Part shown: positions 49,374 through 52,369 of the stretch, piece by piece
Layout: every line of letters begins with the position of its first letter
Numbering within the stretch: position 1 is the stretch's first letter
IMG/VR virus record: IMGVR_UViG_3300032330_001259
Location: 1-52,369 of that record
Direction: 5' to 3' (one strand)
DNA length: 52,369 bases
Source: a virus
Taxonomy: Duplodnaviria > Caudoviricetes
Translations under genes and position numbers: made by a program
The notes under the pieces: model-generated
Database searches by the model: none
Told to the model about the DNA's origin: nothing
The model's input: only the letters and a program-made list of their open reading frames with translations

Positions 49374-50201
49374 ATGTTTGGAAAAAATGAAATCGTCGGA
49401 CAAAAGTATTTCGATAAGGCTGGTGATAAGTTGTTTGTCACTAGTATCTTCTATACACTACAAGGTGAAGGACCTTATCGTGGAGAACCAGCCGTATTCG
49501 TTCGCCTTGCTAAGTGTAATTTGGCTTGTAGTTTTTGTGATACTTATTTCGATGGCGGCGACTGGCTAACACCCGAGCAGGTACATGAACGTATCCAGAA
49601 TGTGATGAAGGATTATTTTGAAGGTGAGATCCCAACTTGGGGGACTAGCAAAATTGGACTTGTTATTACTGGCGGGGAACCAATGCTACAGAAAAATCTC
49701 AGCATGTTTCTCGACACATGCGCTCATAAGTTTGCTTTTGTCCAGATCGAAAGCAATGGTACTATCGTACAGAAGATCCCTGACTACGTTACATTAGTTG
49801 TGAGCCCTAAATGTTTAGAAAAGAATGGGAAACCTGTGAAGTATCTACAGCCCAATCCTGACATGATTGCTCGTGCTGATTGTATGAAGTTTGTAATGAA
49901 CGCAGATCCTGATAGTCCATACAGCAGTATCCCACACTGGGCTGATCAGGCTAGACAAGTATTCATTAGTCCAATGAATGTTTACAATAGAGAACCACAG
50001 AAGAGCAAGCAGATCCGCAGTGAGAAGAATAGCATTAGCATAGAAGAGCGTAGTGCTGTTGATGAAGTGATCAGTTTCTGGGAGGAAGGCTTGCTGGATA
50101 TGAAAGAAAATCAGAAGAATCACGAATACGCAGCACAGTATTGTGCTAAGAATGGATTCATATTGAATCTACAGATACATTTATATGCTAGTTTAGCATG
50201 A
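49374..50201 (+). CDS. queE: 7-carboxy-7-deazaguanine synthase (radical SAM)
   Basis: IFYTLQGEG...G.PAVFVRL..CNLACSFCDT, VITGGEP.LQ, IESNG, VSPK, KFV, LQIH. Confidence 0.92.
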   Translation: MFGKNEIVGQKYFDKAGDKLFVTSIFYTLQGEGPYRGEPAVFVRLAKCNLACSFCDTYFDGGDWLTPEQVHERIQNVMKDYFEGEIPTWGTSKIGLVITGGEPMLQKNLSMFLDTCAHKFAFVQIESNGTIVQKIPDYVTLVVSPKCLEKNGKPVKYLQPNPDMIARADCMKFVMNADPDSPYSSIPHWADQARQVFISPMNVYNREPQKSKQIRSEKNSISIEERSAVDEVISFWEEGLLDMKENQKNHEYAAQYCAKNGFILNLQIHLYASLA

Positions 50202-50211
50202 GGAGAATGGT

Positions 50212-50553
50212 ATGAAATGGATTAAAAACTTATTTAAGAAGCCAGAAGAGGTAGTTCCGGTTGTAGAACCAGAGGTTAAGACTAGGATTTCACGCAAGCC
50301 CAAGTTAAGTGAGAAGGAATTAGCTACTGCTAAGAAAGAACCCTACATCAAGGTGCTTGATACACAGATCGATCCAAATAATCCTGCTAACGGATACTTT
50401 GAACTCGATTGGAATTCTTACTTCATTGACGAATTAAGAAAATCAGGCTATAATGCTAATACTGAAGAAGAGATCATTGACAAGTGGTTCAAGGCATTGT
50501 GCCAGAACGTCATCGCTGAAGATGATAACAACAGAGAGATTAGGATCGTATGA
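50212..50553 (+). CDS. Conserved hypothetical phage protein
   Basis: RBS GAGGAG; KE.AT..KEPY, GYFELDWN.YFI, EEI.D.WF. Confidence 0.7.
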   Translation: MKWIKNLFKKPEEVVPVVEPEVKTRISRKPKLSEKELATAKKEPYIKVLDTQIDPNNPANGYFELDWNSYFIDELRKSGYNANTEEEIIDKWFKALCQNVIAEDDNNREIRIV

Positions 50554-51515
50554 ACTATATTATCGTTGACACTGCTAACACTTTCTTCCGTGCTAGGCAC
50601 GTAATCCGTGGTAATGCTGATGAAAAGATCGGCATGGCACTCCATATTACTCTAGCATCTATCAGAAAGGCATGGCAAGACTTCAATGGTAATCATGTCG
50701 TGTTCTGTTTAGAAGGTCGCAGTTGGCGTAAGGACTATTATGCTCCATACAAGCGCAATCGTGCTGAGGCTCGTGCTGCTCTTACTGAAAAAGAAGCAGA
50801 AGAAGACAAAGTATTCTGGGAAACATTCGATAAATTTAAGGAATTTATCACTGAAAAGACTAACTGCACCGTTCTACAGAATCCACGCTTAGAAGCAGAT
50901 GATCTAATCGCTGGTTGGATTGAAAGTCATCCAGATGATAGCCATATTATCGTCTCTACAGATAGTGATTTTGTCCAGTTAATTGCTCCAAATGTTAAGC
51001 AATATAACGGTGTAAGTAACACAGTCATTACGACTGAGGGCTATTTTACTGATAAAGGCAAGCCCGTATTTGATAATAAGACAAATAAACCCAAGGAAAT
51101 CGTAAATCCTGAGTGGTTATTGTTTGAAAAGTGTATGCGAGGCGATCCTACAGACAATGTATTCAGTGCTTATCCTAAAATCCGAAAGAATAAACTATTA
51201 GAAGCATTTGAAGACCGTAAAAGCAAGGGCTTTGCTTGGAATAATCTAATGTTACAGCGTTGGGTTGATCATAATGGTGACGAACATCGTGTGCTTAACG
51301 ATTACGAACGTAATAAACAGTTGATTGATCTTAAGCATCAGCCCGATGATGTTAAGGAAATCATTAAAGAAACTATTAAAACTAATAGCGTTGCTAAGAA
51401 TGTAGACCAAGTTGGTATGCGATTCTTGAAGTTTTGTGGACTATTTGACTTAGTTAAGATGTCAGAACAGGCACAATCATACGCTGAACCACTAAATGCG
51501 AAATATCCGGAGTGA
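50550..51515 (+). CDS. rnh: T4-type RNase H / 5'-3' exonuclease (FEN-like)
   Basis: IIVD..N, SWRK..Y..YK.NR, LEADDLIA, IVSTDSDF.QL, GDPTDNV. Confidence 0.9.
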   Translation: MNYIIVDTANTFFRARHVIRGNADEKIGMALHITLASIRKAWQDFNGNHVVFCLEGRSWRKDYYAPYKRNRAEARAALTEKEAEEDKVFWETFDKFKEFITEKTNCTVLQNPRLEADDLIAGWIESHPDDSHIIVSTDSDFVQLIAPNVKQYNGVSNTVITTEGYFTDKGKPVFDNKTNKPKEIVNPEWLLFEKCMRGDPTDNVFSAYPKIRKNKLLEAFEDRKSKGFAWNNLMLQRWVDHNGDEHRVLNDYERNKQLIDLKHQPDDVKEIIKETIKTNSVAKNVDQVGMRFLKFCGLFDLVKMSEQAQSYAEPLNAKYPE

Positions 51516-51521
51516 AGATAA

Positions 51522-51989
51522 ATGGACATTAAAGCAAAACCAGTAATCGACGGCAAGTTTTGGATACTTGAAGGCGAAGGAAATAGGGTAGGTATCCTAC
51601 AAAAGGACGAAGCAGACAAGTTTGTCATGCTTTCTAAGGACAATCGTTCTACTTTTAAGGATCTTAAGTCTATCGAGAAGAAGTTTGGTAAGAATTTCTT
51701 CGTTAGTGCCAAGCCAGTTGACGTTAAGACTACAAATGAGATATATGGATTCGCTACAAACTGCGAACCACATAATCCAATGTATGATCTAAAGAAGAAG
51801 TTACCACTGTTTACAAAGAGTGATGCTAGCAAGAGCGTATACTGCGCAGGCTATTATGCTATTAAGTTTGAAAAAGGATGGGTGCGTAGTTTCTGTCCAA
51901 AGTTAATTACAGTCCAAAGATACGAATACAAGGGTCCATTTAAGACAGAAATGGAACTTAGACAGGTATTAAGCAATGTCAACCGATAG
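51522..51989 (+). CDS. Hypothetical protein
   Basis: 155-aa ORF in operon order; LPLFTKS..SKS.YCAGYY, SFCPK. Confidence 0.7.
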   Translation: MDIKAKPVIDGKFWILEGEGNRVGILQKDEADKFVMLSKDNRSTFKDLKSIEKKFGKNFFVSAKPVDVKTTNEIYGFATNCEPHNPMYDLKKKLPLFTKSDASKSVYCAGYYAIKFEKGWVRSFCPKLITVQRYEYKGPFKTEMELRQVLSNVNR

Positions 51990-52212
51990 AGTAGCAGTCA
52001 GTGTCTTAGAAGAATTTGTTAAAAAGGTCAGATTAGCAGCAAAATCCAATCAGAAAACTATCAATATACCTATCGATGATGCTGTTTCTGTAGTTTTTAA
52101 CCTAAATCTTGTGTTGTTGAGCCTCTTAGACAAGGATCAAAACGCAAAAACAACCACTACTGAAGTCGTAAGTGTGACTATGGACGGGGGAGGATTCGAT
52201 CAAACACGATAA
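51976..52212 (+). CDS. Hypothetical protein
   Basis: 78 aa, overlaps upstream gene, ends in MDGGGF. Confidence 0.65.
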   Translation: MSTDRVAVSVLEEFVKKVRLAAKSNQKTINIPIDDAVSVVFNLNLVLLSLLDKDQNAKTTTTEVVSVTMDGGGFDQTR

Positions 52213-52222
52213 ATATCATGTT

Positions 52223-52369
52223 ATGAGTCGCCCGAAACCCACAGTCATATTAGAATATGCTAATAAAAAGAGTTATAAGGTCGAGCAGATACTCGATGCT
52301 GAAGCGATCTGGGCGGTCTTCTATCAAAGCAAGCCATTTAACTTAAAGACTAGCAGTTTAATAAGCAAC
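52223..52369 (+). CDS. Hypothetical protein, 3' truncated by window edge
   Basis: MSRPKPTVILEY... open to the window end; preceded by ATAAATA at 52209-52215. Confidence 0.65.
   Translation, partial: MSRPKPTVILEYANKKSYKVEQILDAEAIWAVFYQSKPFNLKTSSLISN

Noticed and set aside
49374-50201. Anaerobic RNR activase NrdG
   Set aside because: QGEG, VSPK and QxH motifs plus folE context fit QueE; no nrdD nearby.

Overview
AT-rich segment of a large T4-like (myovirus/jumbo-type) dsDNA phage genome, almost entirely coding and mostly on the + strand, in four blocks. (1) 1-29790: a virion-appendage island of five repeated cassettes. Each has a Pro-free Gly-X-Y (GYTGS/GYWGSV) collagen-like stalk gene followed by a different payload: beta-helix protein, S8 subtilase, glycine-rich adhesin, LamG array, or a 3385-aa RCC1-repeat protein. 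Small chaperone/adaptor genes are interspersed, and ATAAATA late-promoter-like motifs precede four of the five cassettes. (2) 29822-38379: a glycosylation island with a GT9-like/methyltransferase fusion, a GT25-like enzyme, an inverted ADP-heptose operon (hldE, cupin, HAD phosphatase, hldD) and a four-domain glycosyltransferase. (3) 38616-42326: replication genes (family B DNA polymerase, probable sliding clamp). (4) 42522-50201: a 7-deazaguanine DNA-modification cluster with a DpdA/TGT-like transglycosylase, a T-fold HRH protein, a GT-B glycosyltransferase resembling queuosine mannosyltransferase, folE broken by one in-frame TGA, a purine PRTase and queE. RNase H and hypothetical genes follow. 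The best candidates for undescribed biology are a possibly glycosylated deazaguanine DNA modification and phage-encoded heptosylation of modular virion fibres. All family assignments come from motifs read by eye; no searches were run.
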